Assembly: GCA_951406725.2 (NCBI GenBank)
Contig: OX597816.1
Coordinates: forward strand, 79,112,001 to 79,176,000
DNA length: 64,000 bases
Reading direction: 5' to 3'
Origin: Octopus vulgaris
Taxonomy: Eukaryota
In this document: one piece after another, positions 1 to 63,457 of the stretch
Numbering within the stretch: the stretch's first letter is position 1
Layout of the letters: every line of letters begins with the position of its first letter
Program-made: the position numbers and the translations under genes
The notes under the pieces: model-generated
Database searches by the model: none
What the model saw: only the letters and a program-made list of their open reading frames with translations
Told to the model about the DNA's origin: nothing

Positions 1-3000
1 GTCAGGGAGTACTGGCATCAGCCACATTTGGATGGTGCTTTTTATGTGCCACTGGCAAAGGAGCCAGTCAAGGAATACTGGCATTGGCCACATTCAGATG
101 AAGCTTTTTACGTGCCAGTCAGGGAGCACTGGCCACAGCTATGGTATTGGTTTCACTTGACTCAACAGGTCTTCTCAAGCATATCATATCACCCGATACA
201 TTAGGAATACTCTTAACTGGGTCAGACATGCATAGCTGCGATCTCACTTTAGTTGCTGGGTCTTCTCAATCACAGCATATCTCCAAAGGTCTCGGTTTCC
301 TGTCATTACCTCTATGAGGCCCAATGTTTGAAGGCCATGCTTCACCATCTCATCCTATGTCTGCCTGGGTCTAACACTTCCATAGGTTCCTTCAACAGTT
401 AGTGAGTTACGCTTCCTCACACAACTGTCCTCATCCATACATAATACATGACCATACCAGCACAGTTGTCTCTCTTGTACACTACATTTGATGCTTTTTA
501 TGCCCAACTTTTCTCTCAAGGTGCTTACACTCTGTCATGTATGCACACTGACATTACACATCCAGCGGATCATACTAGCTTCATTTCTTTCAAGCCTATG
601 CATATCCTCAACAGTCATGGCTCGTGTTTCACTGCTGTGTAGCATGGTAGTTGACACACATGCATCATACAGTCTACCTTTTATCCTGAGCAAGAGGCCC
701 TTAGTTGACAGCAGAAGTAGGAGTTCCCTGAACTTTGCCCAGGCTATTCTTATTCTAGCCACTACACTCTCAGAGCAACCACCCCCACTACTGACTTGGT
801 TGCCTAGGTAGCGGAAGCTATTAACTACTTCTAGTTTCTTCCCCTGGCATGTGACGGAATCTATTTTCTGTATATCTTCAGTGTTTATTGCCCCTGTGCA
901 CCTGCCACACACAAAAACTATCTTCCCGGTTAACCTTCCATTGATATTGCTGCACCTTTTATGTGTCCTTAGCTTATACTGGGTACATTGCATGGAGTTT
1001 CTACCCATGCCTTTTCTACAGATTGAGCAGGGCCATCTACCTGAAGGGGTTTGTGATTTGACAGCCTTCCTACTTACTAAGACTTTGGTTTTTGCTAGGT
1101 GAACCCTAAGGCACTTCAATTCTAGACCTTGCCGGACTTTGTCTCTAGTTCTGGCAGTGACTTATTTATTAGAGCAAGGTCTTCAGCATAGAGTAGCTCC
1201 CAGGGGCATCCAATCTTGAATTGGAGGACTATAATGAATAAGAGGGGTGTTGAAGATTGATCCTTGATGGATCCATACTTCTACTCGGAAGTTTTCACTA
1301 TACTCATTGCCAACCCTCACCTTACTCACAGCATTCCTGTACAGGGCTTGTACAGCTCTTACCAATCACTTGTCTACCCCCAGTTTCCAAGTTGACCATC
1401 AGATAACAGATTGGGGGACCGTGTCGAAGGCTTTCTCTGAGTCAACAAAAGCCAAGTACATAGGTTTATCTTTGGCTAGATATTTCTCCTGAAGTTGCCT
1501 TAACAGAAATATATCATCAGTGGTGCTTCTGGCTGGCACAAAACCAAACTGCATCTCATCTAGGCAAACTCTCTCCCTAATTAGTTGGGCTGTGACCCTC
1601 TCTGTAACTTTCATCACATGAATCAATAATTCAATACACCTGTAGTTATTTCTATCTAAAGCATCACTTTTCTTCTTGCAGCAGTTGATTATGGTGCTGC
1701 TATACCAGTCATTGGGCATGACTCCTTCATTAACCACCTGATTTATGATGTGGGTGACAATACCATAGCCCACACCGCCAGATATTTTAAGCATCTTGCG
1801 GTGATTTCTGATGGGTGAGGTGCTTTTCCTGTCTTCATATCCTTAATTGCTTTATCTGCCAGGGTACAGTTGATTTGGGTAGCTGGTCTCTCAATTGGGT
1901 CAACCTTTGGCAGACTCTCCTCCCCCCATTCTCCACATTCAGCAGTGTTTCATAATGGCATCTCCAAGCCTCTTTCTTTGCAGAATCATTAAATGCAAGG
2001 GTACCATCATCCATGCAGACACATTTCTCTCCATTACATCATGGTTTTCTCTCACATACTGTCTTGCAATCCGAAATACTTGAGTTCTCTGGTTCTCATG
2101 TCGCTGAACATTGGCAAACTTCTTCTTTTCTGCTACTCCCTTGGCTATATATACCTGTCTTCTAGCTTCTCTTTTGCCTATCTGATACATTCTCCTGCTA
2201 CCCCAACTCTTCCAGGCTTTCCAAGCCTGTTTCTTTACAGTATAGGCCCTGTCTACAGTATTGCTCTACCACCATGTTACCCTCTGCCTGGAAGGGACTT
2301 TGCACCAACCACAGATTTGGTCTGTAGCACTCAGCAAGCTGTCTCGCAGGAATTCCCAGCTGCCTTCTATGTCAGGACTGTAGCTCCTCCTCCTTATCAT
2401 TAAATTTCTCAATAAGGATATCCCTAAATCTCTGACCCCATGAAGGGTTCTTAAGTTTGCAATCCTTCTTTTCCAGATTGATCTGCTTTTTGGCATCCTT
2501 CAGGCCCCAAGTCTAAAGTCACTAATAACTGGTCTATGCTGGGGGGCACATTCTTCACCAGGGAGGGTCTTTGTATTTAAGAGCAACTATGCATCCCACT
2601 CTCTGGTAAGAATTAAATCAATCTGGCTAGCAGAGTCACCTGATTGAAAGATTATCAGGTGGCTAGCTGGCTTCCTGAAGTTGGTGTTGCAGATCAATAG
2701 GTTATTTGCATCACAGAACTCTAGGAGTCTAGTTCCCTCTTCATTTCTGGTACTAACTCCGTGGCCCCATGTACACCATGGAAGATAACAGTTTGCTGTC
2801 TGACATGCCCATTAAAATCTCCAGCCACAAAGATGAGATCATTGTCACTTGTCTTTGAGGTAGCCTGCAGAAAAATATCATAAAAGTGATCTTTCTGTTC
2901 ATTTGGTAGGCCCGATTATAGGGCATAGGCAGAGATAATTGTAGATATACCATTCTGCAAAACTAGCCTGGGTTTAAGTACTCTATCGCACACCCTCACT

Positions 3001-3185
3001 ACCTCTATGACCTTATCCACCCATTTCTCTGCAAGAAGTATGCCCACACCCCTATTCCATTACTATTACCTTCCCAGAAGAGTTTATATCTATCTGCTTT
3101 GCTTGTGAGGACTCTGGCTGAAGCCCCTCTTCACCTTACCTCTTGCATGCAGCATACATCAATATGTCTCCATTCAAGCACATGT
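1..3185 (-). mobile_element. Decayed RTE-type LINE (APE endonuclease + RT + 3' UTR)
   Basis: EN motifs DVCCMQEVR (~3140-3165) and AGDFNGH (~2810). RT motifs QFGFVPARSTTD, YLAFVDSEKAFD, LLYAED, FRYLG. Many frameshifts. Confidence 0.92.
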
Positions 3186-5318
3186 GGAAGGCTTTCTAAT
3201 GGATCCCTGTACTAATCCTAGGATGCAGTCTTATAAGATAATGTTATACAGAGTTTGTTGGAGGACTGTGCTAAAGGTATGAGAGTTTAAGGAATGTCCA
3301 ACAATTTACTCTAAAAGACAATGAGGAGGAAGCTTTATTAATCAGACAAATGGAATTCTCATTTGTCAAAAAATCATACTAGGTTCAATAATTAATTTTT
3401 CTGAGTAAGGGATGTAAAATAATTATTATGAAATTACTTAACATGGAATTGTATTGTTATTTAATATTCTGCTTCTTGGTTGTTTATGCAAGCTGCAATT
3501 TGTTTATGCCAAATTTGCATGTTATATTAGTGAACAGAAAGCAGAGTGCTGAAAAACAGTCATAAAGTTCAAGAATTAGTGGCCATATGTTGTCAGTTAT
3601 TCATAGCCAAAGCACTTAACTTTCAATTAACCAAGTCCATTCACAGAACAGTAATGACTGCATCCTAAGAAAGCATAGGGATTTGAACCCCAGCTGTAAC
3701 ATATTCAGTTAGGGATCATGAGTAAGCCACCACAATGTCACTCAATTGGTCAATAAATTGACCAGTCATCATGAAGCTGTGGTGTGATAAAGTTCTTCAG
3801 ATGATATAAAATCTGTCCCTTTTTCACCCTGTAAAGAACTGTTTGGCAGCCAACTTGGCCAAACAGCCATGGGAATTTATCCAGAACACCTTTGGTACTC
3901 ACAGAAGGCATACCACCTCAAGCAAGAAACGATTTTGAACACTTATATCCGATGTACCACAGCTAGCCTTTTACAGACACAGTATGCTACTCTCTTCCAA
4001 GTTGGCGGTTATATTATAAGCATCTTTCTTTTGTAATCAGCCAAAGCAATAAATTATGTCCAGCAATAAATATGTTAAAAGTTAAAAGTTTGTGAGTTGC
4101 TCCATTTCTTTGCACACACAGCTAGTTAGACCTCAAGATGATGGTTTTCAAGAAACCACCATAACAACGATGACTAAGCAACCACGTGACAGAAGTCTGC
4201 TTAATTGATTTTCATAGTCACACATAGATAAGATCTCTGTCTCTTCTAGTGTTACTTCAACTACCTCTGCACCTCACAGTAAGCATGTCTTATGTCATTT
4301 CCACTTTAACACTTTCAACTTTCTCATCTCTCCTCACCACTCATGTTGACTCCAACTCTACCCAAACTCTACTAACCACTGCACACAAGCCTACTTCTCC
4401 AGAAAGTTGGCCTTAGAATTCCCTCCTTCCACAGATATTTTTACAGTGTTGACCTGCTTGTATGGAACATCAATGGTATAATTCTTAATGGTCTTGAAAG
4501 GCATATGAAGGCCATGGGTACAGCTTCTTTCTTTAGATTTAGCTAATGAAAAAAAACAGACATTGACCAATACGGAGATAGATATTTTAGTGTTAGAATT
4601 TCTAGTATGAAGGAAAAGATTTGTGTTTTTGAAGAGAAATGGCATCTCAAAATTAAGGTGAAAATATCCAGAACCTTTATGAAACCTATTTGATCACTAT
4701 ATGTATAAGTAGCATATTTTACAATTTCATACATTTGAGAAATTTCTGATTTGAGAAAAGTCAAGTAAATTATTTGATCATCTGACAACAGTTAGGTGAC
4801 AAAATAAGTGTCAATTTAAATATCTTTATATGCCAAGTGAAAGATTTTGTGAGAATAATTTCGGAAGACATTAAATAGATTTTTATGTATGAAATTATAT
4901 TTCAATTGTCTACTGCAAAACAGGTCAAATGCTGAAAATATATTCTTTTAATTTATGAATTTGTAATGTGATTGCAATATTGAATCAATTTACTTTCTGC
5001 CAAGTTATGGATAATACAAAGCTCAAAGATCATATTGTAAATCTATATAGATCAGTATTGTTTAATACATATAGGATGATTTACAAGTGACAATAATTAT
5101 CATGTTAAATTATTAGATGACTGATTGTATGGTTACATATTGAAACTTCACTTCAGCCATTGTGTTGTGCCCCTAATTGTCTCAGTTGCCTGTCTACAGG
5201 TGCCACTCTGTTTTCAAACTAAGGTGGGAATCCAAAACTGTAAAAATTATTACTGCAACAGAAACAATTCTAACAATGCAAGCATGGGAAAATGGATTCA
5301 AAAATATCAGAAAAAGTA

Positions 5319-6199
5319 CAAGATGATATCAAAAAGTTCTTGGACTAGTTATGTTTAAATAACATATTTATTTAAGTTTTAACATCATCTACTTTGAAAT
5401 AGTCACCTTGTGCACCAATACACCAATCCCAGCATTCCTGTCACTTTTGGAATCCAGCCTGGAAGCAGTTTTCAGCAAGTGAGTCAAAGACCTTGACAAT
5501 GGTGTTGAAATGGAATCTTTTGAACTGCACTTTCATCCTGGGAAAGATATGGAAATCCACAGGTGCTAAATCTGATGACTAGGGTAGATGCAGAAGTGAC
5601 ACTATGTTGTTTGGGGCAAGAAACTCACGAATGTGGAGAGCTAAGTGATAGGATGCATTGTTGTCATGAAGAATACAATTCTTCATGTTCTACAGATCCA
5701 GTTGCTTTTGCTGAATGTCCTCCTTCAAACACTTCAAAACCTCACAGCAGAACTCTTGATTGGTAGTCTGGCTCTGGGGGCTGAATTCTTGATGCACAAT
5801 GCTACAGATGACAAAAAAAGTGAGGCGCATGCTCTTCAATGAGCTGTGAGTCTGTTGTGTGCCTGAACCACTCAAAACATTTGTGTACAACCCACAGCCT
5901 ATTCACTGCAAGCTTGCCAAAGCATGCTCAATGTCTCTGTAGCAGACTTCCCAAGTTTAATGCAAACTTTTGCCCTGGCTCTTTGTTCTAACTTTCTGTC
6001 CATGATAAAAATTGCAGACTCCAACCATAGACATGATCACAAAAACAAAAATTTCACAACTTGCAAAGTAAACACAGCAATGTCACGCAACACACTGCAT
6101 CATGAAGGTCAGTGCTAGCTCTCACTGTGCATGCAACTGTATGCTGCCATCTGTTGGTACACTACAGAACTAATCTAGGAACTTTTTGATACCACCTCA
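5319..6199 (-). mobile_element. Internally deleted mariner DNA transposon
   Basis: Imperfect TIRs caagatgatatcaaaaagttc / gaactttttgataccacctca flanked by TA. Transposase remnant VHQEFSPQSQTTNQEF..EVLK.L and LHDNNA. Confidence 0.82.
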
Positions 6200-6257
6200 T
6201 AATTTGAATTGAATCAAGAAAAAATTGAATTTAAAATGAAAATACTTTGAATCTTAC

Positions 6258-56546
<50,289 letters not shown>

Positions 56547-56929
56547 CTTTAAAAGAAAAAAAGAATAACACACATGTATATATATTATATTATATTATAT
56601 TATATTATATAGGAGAATTTGTACCATTGATAAGCATGAACATTAATTGTTAAAACTAGTTTGGTATGTAAATAAAGCTATAACAAAATTTTAGAGCAAC
56701 TACATGTTTTTAGATTCAGCTGCATTTTCAAATCCTGAAACAAATTATATATATATGTACACACACGCACACACACACATATATATAAGGAAAATAAGAC
56801 AAGGTAGAAAATACTAAAATTACTTTAGCAGGTTAATATATAAGGTTCTCCGAAGCACATGTGAAGTTGCTTTTCACTGTGAAACCTTGACCCTGTTTGA
56901 AAGAGAACTCTGATCTCTCAATTAGATTG

Positions 56930-57311
56930 GAAGCACTCTATCGGTTACGACGGCGAGGGTTCCGGTTGATCCGATCAACGGAACAGCCTGCTCGTGAAAT
57001 TAACGTGTAAGTGGCTGAGCACTCCACAGACACGTGTACCCTTAACGTAGTTCTCGGGGATATTCAGCATGACACAGTGAGTGACAAGGCTGGCCCTTTG
57101 AAATACAGGTACAACAGGAACAGGAAGTAAGAGTGAGAGAAAGTTGTGGTGAAAGAGTACAGCAGGAATCACCACCATCCCTGCCAGAGTCTCGTGGAGC
57201 TTTAGGTGTTTTTGCTCAATAAACACTCACAACGCCCGGTCTGGGAATCGAAACCGCGATCCTACGACCGCGAGTCCGCTGCCCTAACCACTGGGCCATT
57301 GCGCCTCCACT
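56930..57311 (-). mobile_element. Full-length family 2 SINE with 14-bp TSD
   Basis: tctcaattagattg at 56916-56929 and 57312-57325. Confidence 0.93.
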
Positions 57312-57895
57312 TCTCAATTAGATTGACGCATATACCACAGTTAGGTCTTCTACATTTTTTTATTGTCGGCTTCAGTGTTGTTGTTGAGCATATTCAGGTT
57401 TGTGTTAGGAGACTTTTCATAGATTTGGGCTGTCTTTTGCATTTTATGATGGTGTTCATTTGGAGAATTAAATTCATTTTGTGGTCCGTTTTTAGTAGGG
57501 GAATATTTTGGAGGATGGTGTTGAAGGCTTCATTGTTAAGAGGATTGTGTGTGGAGATATATTGCAGGGCTTTTGGTTGTAAATCCTTCTTTAATTTGTG
57601 ATGTCTGAGTTTGTGGATGTTAAGGTACATTGAAAGCATATGTCAATTGGTAATGGTGGATAGTTCCTGGTGATGAGTGTATCCTTTAGTTCGTGTAGTC
57701 ATGTGTCCTTTTTGCTAGGTTGAAAGGGATATTCATTCTAGTGTGTCTGGGATGGCATGAGTTGAATGGTAGATATTGCTTGGGGTCTGTGGGCTTATAG
57801 TTTATACCTGTTTCTATTTTGTTGTTAAATTTCTTAATGAGGATGTCAAGGAAAGGAAGTTGTTGATGTCTATATTCCATTCTGAATTGAATGCT
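57312..57895 (-). mobile_element. Penelope-like RT/linker fragment
   Basis: LPFLDILI...YKPTDPKQYLPFNSCHPRHT..NIPFNLAKR; YISTHNP; KRQPKSMKSLLT. Confidence 0.88.
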
Positions 57896-57899
57896 TATG

Positions 57900-57961
<62 letters not shown>

Positions 57962-58035
57962 TACTGATAAAATTTTTAATGATTTTATCCATTATTATAT
58001 TTGAATTTACCTAGTTATTCTTTTCATTATTATAT

Positions 58036-58094
<59 letters not shown>

Positions 58095-58114
58095 ATTATT
58101 ATTATTATTATTAT

Positions 58115-58187
<73 letters not shown>

Positions 58188-58248
58188 AAGTGTGTGTGTG
58201 TGTAAATATAAATTTGCAGTCCTGCAAATTATATTCATCTAGACGGTC

Positions 58249-58316
58249 GCACTGATGATCTACGGACATTTATGTAAGTAAAATTACGTAATATGTTAAT
58301 AGCGAAACATGTATGC
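58249..58316 (+). ncRNA. Type I hammerhead ribozyme motif with extended stem II
   Basis: gca CTGATGA tcta..gacat ttatgtaa gtaaaa ttacgtaa t atgtt..tagc GAAA catg TA tgc. Confidence 0.7.
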
Positions 58317-58443
58317 AAATAATCCATATTTTTATTGCTTTTTCTGTTGTCTTGCTCGATTAGGTTTTGGTTGTTTTGCTAAATTTTTCTTGAGAACATT
58401 TTTTTGTGGTAAGATCATAGAGGATCTATTTTTAGCATAAAGG

Positions 58444-58475
<32 letters not shown>

Positions 58476-58478
<3 letters not shown>

Positions 58479-58890
58479 CGCAGGAGTGGCTGTGTGGTAA
58501 GTAGCTTGCTAACCAACCGCATGGTTCCGGGTTCAGTCCCACTGCATGGCATCTTGGGCAAGTGTCTTCTGCTATAGCCCCGGGCCGACCAATGCCTTGT
58601 GAGTGGATTTGGTAGACGGAAACTGAAAGAAGCCTGTCATATATATGTATATATATGTATATGTATGTGTGTGTGTTTGTGTGTCTGTGTTTGTCCCCCT
58701 AGCATTGCTTGACAACCGATGCTGGTGTGTTTACGTCCCCGTCACTTAGCGGTTCAGCAAAAGGAACCGATAGAATAAGTACTGGGCTTACAAAGAATAA
58801 GTCCCGGGGGTCGAGGTGCTCGACTAAAAAGGCGGTGCTCCAGCAGGGTCAGAGTCAAATGACTGAAAAAAGTAAAAGAGTAAAAGAGTA
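58476..58890 (+). mobile_element. tRNA-derived SINE, family 3
   Basis: tggctgtgtggtaag (A box), gggttcagtccc (B box), internal (TA)/(TG) tract, tail (gtaaaaga)n. Confidence 0.88.
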
Positions 58891-58892
58891 TA

Positions 58893-60522
58893 TAAGATAA
58901 ACCTCTGTACCTGGCTTTTGTTGAAATGGAGAAAGCCTTTGACAGGTTCCCCCCATCCCTTATCTGGTAGTCAATGAGGAAACTAGGGATAGATGGATGG
59001 TTAGTGAGAGCTGTGCAAGCCATGTACAGGGATACTGTCAGTAAGGGTTTGCAATGAGTACAGTGAAGAATTCCAAGTAGCGGTAGGGGTCCACCAAGGT
59101 TCAGTCCTCAGCCCTCTCCTATTTATCATAGTCCTCCAGAGGAATTCAAGACAGGATGGCCCTGGGAGCTCCTCTATGCTGACGACCTTGCTCTAATTGC
59201 TGAGTCACTTTCAGAATTAGAGTAGAAGTTTCAGGTGTAGAAACATGGATTAGAACTGAAGGGCCTTAGAATCAACCTAGCTAAAACCAAACTCCTACTA
59301 AAAAGGAAGGTAGGCAAACCACAAATCTCTTCAGGTAGATGGCCCTGCTCAATCTGTAAAAAAAGGCGTAGGTAGAAACTCTATAAGATGTACCCAGTGT
59401 AAGCTATAGACACATAAGAGGTGCAGCAACATCAAAGGAAAGCAAACTGGGAAGCTAGTTTTTGTATGTGGCAGATGCTCAGGAGCAGTAAACAATGAAA
59501 ATGTGCAGAGAAGAACTTCCATCACATTCCAGGGAGAAAAACTAGAAGTAGTTGATAGCTTCAATTACCTAGGTGACGAAGTCAGTAACGAGGGAGGGTG
59601 CACTGAAAGTGTAGCTGCTTGAATAAGAATAGCCTGGGCAAAGTGCAGAGAGCTCTTACCTCTGTTGGTGACAAAGGGCCTCTCGCTCAGAGTAAAAGGT
59701 AGACTGTATGACGCGTGTGTACGAACAGCCATGCTACATGGCAGTGAAACTTGGGCCGTGTCTGCTGAGGACATGTGTAAGCTCAAAAGGAATGAAGCCA
59801 GTATGCTCCGATGGATGTGTAATGTCAGTGTGCATACTCGACAGAGTGTAAGTACCTTGATAGAAAAGTTGGATCTAAGAAGCATTAGATGTGGTGTGCA
59901 AGAGAGACGACTGCGCTGGTATGGTGATGTGGTGAGAATGGATGAGAATAGCTGTGTGAAAAAATGCCACACCCTAGTGGTTGAGGGAACCTGTAGAAGA
60001 GGTAGACTCAAGAAGACCTAGGATGAAGTGGTGAGGCACGACCTTCGAATATTAGGCCTCACCGAGGCAATAACTAGTGACCGAGACCTATGGAAATATG
60101 TTGTGCTTGAGAAGACCTGGCAAGCAAAGTGAGACCATAATCTCGTGGCCTCTGCCAGGGGTGTAACCAGCCCACTTATGTGCACCTTTCCTTCATTGGA
60201 CACTAAACTGCTTGCGAAGACCTGTTGAGGCAAGTGAAATCGAATTCGATGACTGGCATCTGTGCTAGTCGAGCGCTAAGAGCACCATCCGAGCATGATC
60301 GTTGCCAGAGCAGCTAACTGGCTTCCGTGCCGGTGGCATGTAAAAGCACCCACTACACTCTCAGAGTGGTTGGTGTTAGGAAGGGCATCCAGCTGTAGAA
60401 ACTCTGCAAGATCAGATTGGAGTCTGGTGCAGCCATCTGGTTCACTAGTCCGCAGTCAAATCGTCCAACCCATGCTAGCATGGAAAGCGGACGTTAAACG
60501 ATGATGATGATGGTGATGATGA

Positions 60523-60525
<3 letters not shown>
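58893..60525 (+). mobile_element. 5'-truncated RTE LINE
   Basis: HQGSVLSPLLF, WELLYADDL, WPCSIC, LRWYGDV; (GAT)n tail. Confidence 0.93.
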
Positions 60526-60577
<52 letters not shown>

Positions 60578-60583
60578 TATATA

Positions 60584-62370
60584 CTAGCATTATGACCCGT
60601 CGTTGCCGAGTCATAGTGCTAGTGCATGTATAAATGTGTATATATACGTGTACATATTACATATACATCTATATATATACATCTACACATAAAATACAAA
60701 ATACAAAGTATTGTGTAGTTCTCAAGTTTTAGGGAAACATACAGACAGACACTCATTCTCAGTCATATATATATATATATATATACTAACAGTAAAATCC
60801 ATCGTTGATTGGGTAATTACTTGTACTGTTTATCAGGAGCCACATTGAAAGAATTATCAGATGTATAATTTATTCCTCCCATATGTGTGTATTTCATAAG
60901 AGAAAACCATGTAATAATTGAAGTAGAAGAAAGATCAATATCATACATGAACTTGTGTTTACTTATGATATGACAGTAATAAGTGATTTGTATGTGTTAT
61001 TTTATTTATCTATACAGTAATGGCAATGATATAATATGTTTGTAAGAGAAAAACATGTAATAAAGTAGAAAAAAGATAACTTTTATACGTGAAGTTCTGT
61101 TTGTTTATTACACGATAATAATAAGTGAGATGTATGTGTTATTTTATTTATCAATACAGTAAAGACAATCTTATAATACAGTTCATTGAAATGGGTAATT
61201 TACTCATTCTTGAATGTAATGATAGTAATGGTAAATGAAGTTATTGAAGTATTCATGTTGCATTAAGAATGAATATTTCTTTATGAATAATGGTTTTTCT
61301 ATTATTTTGGGGTACATAAGCCTTTACTTCAAACAAATAGAATGTTTGGGCCAATGAAGTTTGTGCACAATTAATCGTGTACCATTGCATAATTTTGGTT
61401 GAGATATAATGTGTAATAGCATAATAGGAGTTCCTTTTTTCAACTGAAGTCAATGAGAAGCTGTACCTGGTAATTCTAGTGAGTTTAAGAATTCGATGGG
61501 GGCAGTTGACGCTATCCTGATCATCAACAACACTATCAACTGAGTTATAAGTGAAGACTTCTGGAAGTTTATTCAATAGCCTACTATTAATGGTATGTAG
61601 AGGAATATTTTTTGGAGTCATGATAGCTTTGTCACTTATGTAATCTGTATTGTTGTAATTATGAAGATTAGGAAAGGTTTCATACATCAAATCATTGGTA
61701 GAATGTGTTGAATTACATATTGCATTGAGCGTAAGAAACTGTTCTTCATCAATTGGAACCCTCCCTTCAATGAGTTCCAAAAGCTGCTCTGCAAATAGCT
61801 CAACTGATTGATGTCTTGAAAGCCTCGATCTCATATCTGTTGCAAGTTGAAGTGTTTTCACATGATGCCATAATACAGAAAACTTTATTGAAACATTGAG
61901 CTCATCCACTTTTGTTCCTCTTGGAACATCGGTCATATTTGTTGGAAGTCTCCTGACAATAATACTGCGACATTTCACATGGAATAGCGATTTTTAATGT
62001 CTCGTAATTTTCTGTCAACGGCTTCAAAAGCTTCTTTGTGGGTCATGGTACATTCATCCCAAACAATTAAGTGACATCTCTGTATTAGTTCACCCATAAC
62101 AGAATTTTTAGATATATTACAAACTGGATCTTGTTTGTTAGATAAATCTAAAAGTAACTTGAATGTTGAATAGGCAGTCTGACCTCCGGGTAGTAATATT
62201 GCTGGGATCCCAGAAGTAGCAGTAGCTAAAGCTATTTAATTTTCTGGATGAACTTTAGCCAGGAGACATTTAATTACAAATGTTTTCCCGCTACCTCCTG
62301 GAGCATCTAAAGAATAAAGTCTTCCTGTGTTATTGTTAATACTTTCTATGTCAGTAGAATGTGTATGACG
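60584..62370 (-). mobile_element. Helitron fragment: PIF1-like helicase + 3' hairpin/CTAG end
   Basis: LDAPGGSGKTF (~62280), ATSGI.A.LLPGGQTAYSTFK, IVWDECTM, MTPKN. Terminal palindrome ending in CTAG at 60584-60587; ~140-bp tandem repeat at ~60897-61170. Confidence 0.9.
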
Positions 62371-62374
62371 TTGA

Positions 62375-62960
62375 TCAGGTAGAAGAGTGAGAAAGAGAGA
62401 AAAAGGGAGAAAGGAGGAAAGAAAGAAAGAGAAAGAAAGGGAGAAAGGAAGGGAGAGAAAGAAAGAGAGGGAAATGGACAGATAGAGAGATAGACAGGGA
62501 GATAAAAAGAGAAAGAGAGGTAGAGATACAGAAAGGAAGAAAAAGAGAAAGCAAGAGAAGGAAATGGACAGATAGAGAGATAGACAGGGAGATAAAAAGA
62601 GAAAGCGAGGTAGAGATCAAGAAAGAGAGCGACAGCTAGACAGACAGAAAGAGAGGATACTCATAGTATTAAATAACTGAAACATGAATATATATATATA
62701 TATACATGTGTGTGTGTTCTTTTATTCTTGTTTCACTATTTTGACAGGGAAATGTACCAGTTGATATATGTGTGTGTGTGTTTGTGTTCTTTTAGTGAGG
62801 AAAAGAGAGAGAGAGAAAGAAAGAAAGAAAAAAGGAAGAAAGAAAGAGAGGGAGAAAATAAAAGAGAGAGGAAGAAAGAGAGAGAGAGTGGGAGAAATGA
62901 AGAGAGAGAAAAAGAAAGAGAGAGAAAGAAAGAGGCAAAATAGACAAATTGAGAAAAAGA
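62375..62960. repeat. GA-rich low-complexity tract with ~90-bp tandem duplication
   Basis: ggaaatggacagatagagagatagacagggagataaaaagagaaag occurs at ~62470 and ~62560. Confidence 0.85.
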
Positions 62961-63051
62961 AAATTATACAGAATTGTACCTGGTTTGAGTTTCACTTTGC
63001 AGTACAAACAGACAGAATCTCACTTATATATATATATATATATATATATAA

Positions 63052-63437
63052 ATCATCATCATCATCGTTTAACGTCCATTTTCCATGTTAGCATGGATTG
63101 GACGGTTCGACCGGGGTTTGGGAAGCCATGAGACTGCACCAGGCTCTAGTCTGATCTTGATCTGGCAGTGTTTGTACAGCTGGATGCCCTTCCTAAAGCC
63201 AACCACTCCGTGAGTGTAGTGGGTGCTTTTTACATGCCATCGGCACAGGGGCCAGAGGAGGCTGGCAAACGGCCACGATCGGTTGGTGCTTTTACGTGTC
63301 ACCGACACGGACGCTAGTCAGTTGGCGTTGGCATCAGCCACGTTCGGACGGTGCTTTTTACGTGTCACTGGCATAGGTATCTTAACTACAATTTCCATTT
63401 GATTTTTATTTTGATGCTGGTGTTGACGTACTTGACT
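63052..63437 (-). mobile_element. RTE 3' UTR fragment
   Basis: Reverse complement of ~26500-26876. Confidence 0.88.
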
Positions 63438-63457
63438 CAGTACACACACACACATAT

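Noticed and set aside
3200-5310. Search for the next downstream exon (ORFs 4391-4645 and 4543-4788, donor at ~3900)
   Set aside because: No phase-1 open exon with MAM, LDLRA or transmembrane features found; the gene probably continues beyond the window.
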